Shown here piece by piece: positions 63,153 through 64,000 of a DNA stretch of 64,000 nucleotides. A model generated the notes under the pieces. The model was not told the DNA's origin. It saw nothing but the letters and a program-made list of their open reading frames with translations, and searched no databases. How positions within the stretch are numbered: position 1 is the first letter of the stretch; every line of letters begins with the position of its first letter. A program made the translations under genes and the position numbers. The DNA is from Priapulus caudatus (lineage: Eukaryota): positions 288,536 to 352,535 of the forward strand of contig NW_014577088.1 in the NCBI RefSeq assembly GCF_000485595.1, in the 5' to 3' direction.

Positions 63153-64000
63153 GAAATCCAGACGAAGTCCTTACTAACGAGTAGTCTAGGTAATTGGTGG
63201 CCGTTTGAAAGATGCGACTCAATAGTGAGAATAGAGCGAATTTTTGAAAGAGCGTTTGTATTTAATTCGGCCGCGTAAAGGATCTAGCTAAAAGAACAAA
63301 AAATACCCACAAAGTGTATTTACACTGCTTTATGTGGCGATACGCCATTTATAAACGTGCCTTTCCGGGCAAACTACAGCAAATTAACTGTAGAACGTAA
63401 CAGTAAATCCTGTATAAATAATAAATCGAACGTTGTATAGCATCGAATGAAAATCCCAACAGAGGTAAAATCTGTAATATTAGTCAAAGGCGTTATAAGC
63501 TGATTGAATTCGCTGCAGAGCGACAGCTGCGACACCTTTCGACCTACCCTCAGCGGCGTATGCAAACCACCGCTTACAATTTCCGCCTTCTACTTTCTAG
63601 GCAAAACGCCAGGAATAAACGTATTCCAGTGACATTTTCGTGTGCATGTGACTGTATGTATAAATGAAGCAACCTTGAAATATTGACCTTTTGCGAGATT
63701 TTACGTTTGACGCAAGGGTTTACGGTTTGTACTTGGATTACGGTTAGATTTTACGGTTTTTGTCGCAAGGGACAGTTAAAAGTTGTAACGTATATGGAGT
63801 GATGTTCCAATTCAATTACCAGCAGCGTTGGTGAGTGTTAGTTATTACCTATTATCGCCAGATGAATGATTCGATAATCATAAAAGTACTAATTATAAAT
63901 TAAGAACATGAATAATTAAATCTGAAAATGCTTGCATTGAGCACATTAATCGTGCAACGCATTACACGTCTGACAAGTAGCTACACGCAGAGACGCATAT

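Overview
Eukaryotic (invertebrate bilaterian-like) genomic DNA from a draft assembly with N gaps and long stretches of indel-rich long-read gap fill. Three genes are well supported. (1) BICRA/GLTSCR1, a ncBAF subunit: one uninterrupted 1616-aa CDS on the minus strand (15297-20147). (2) BARD1 on the plus strand, head-to-head with BICRA: 10 coding exons (22059-30290, ~641 aa), RING + ankyrin + only ONE BRCT. (3) SLC38A11 amino-acid transporter on the minus strand, convergent with BARD1: 10 exons found (34373-47914), first coding exon not identified, two exons in swapped order in the assembly. The left end holds a 42-bp minisatellite that is open in three reading frames and possible exons of an unrecognised plus-strand gene. 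There are many MITEs (PIF/Harbinger-, hAT-, P- and Merlin-like, foldback). Large noisy direct (8000-11642) and inverted (43067-43560, 55180-59995) copies look like assembly artefacts but expose probable allelic variants. The most interesting observation is that BARD1 seems to have lost its second BRCT: the ancestral exon-10 boundary is kept but now contains two stops, the BRCT1 phosphate pocket is degenerate, and a decayed BRCT2-like trace lies downstream, while the ankyrin H4K20me0-reader residues are intact. No prokaryote-type systems (CRISPR etc.), rRNA or tRNA were seen. All comparisons to human proteins and repeat consensuses are from memory, not from searches.
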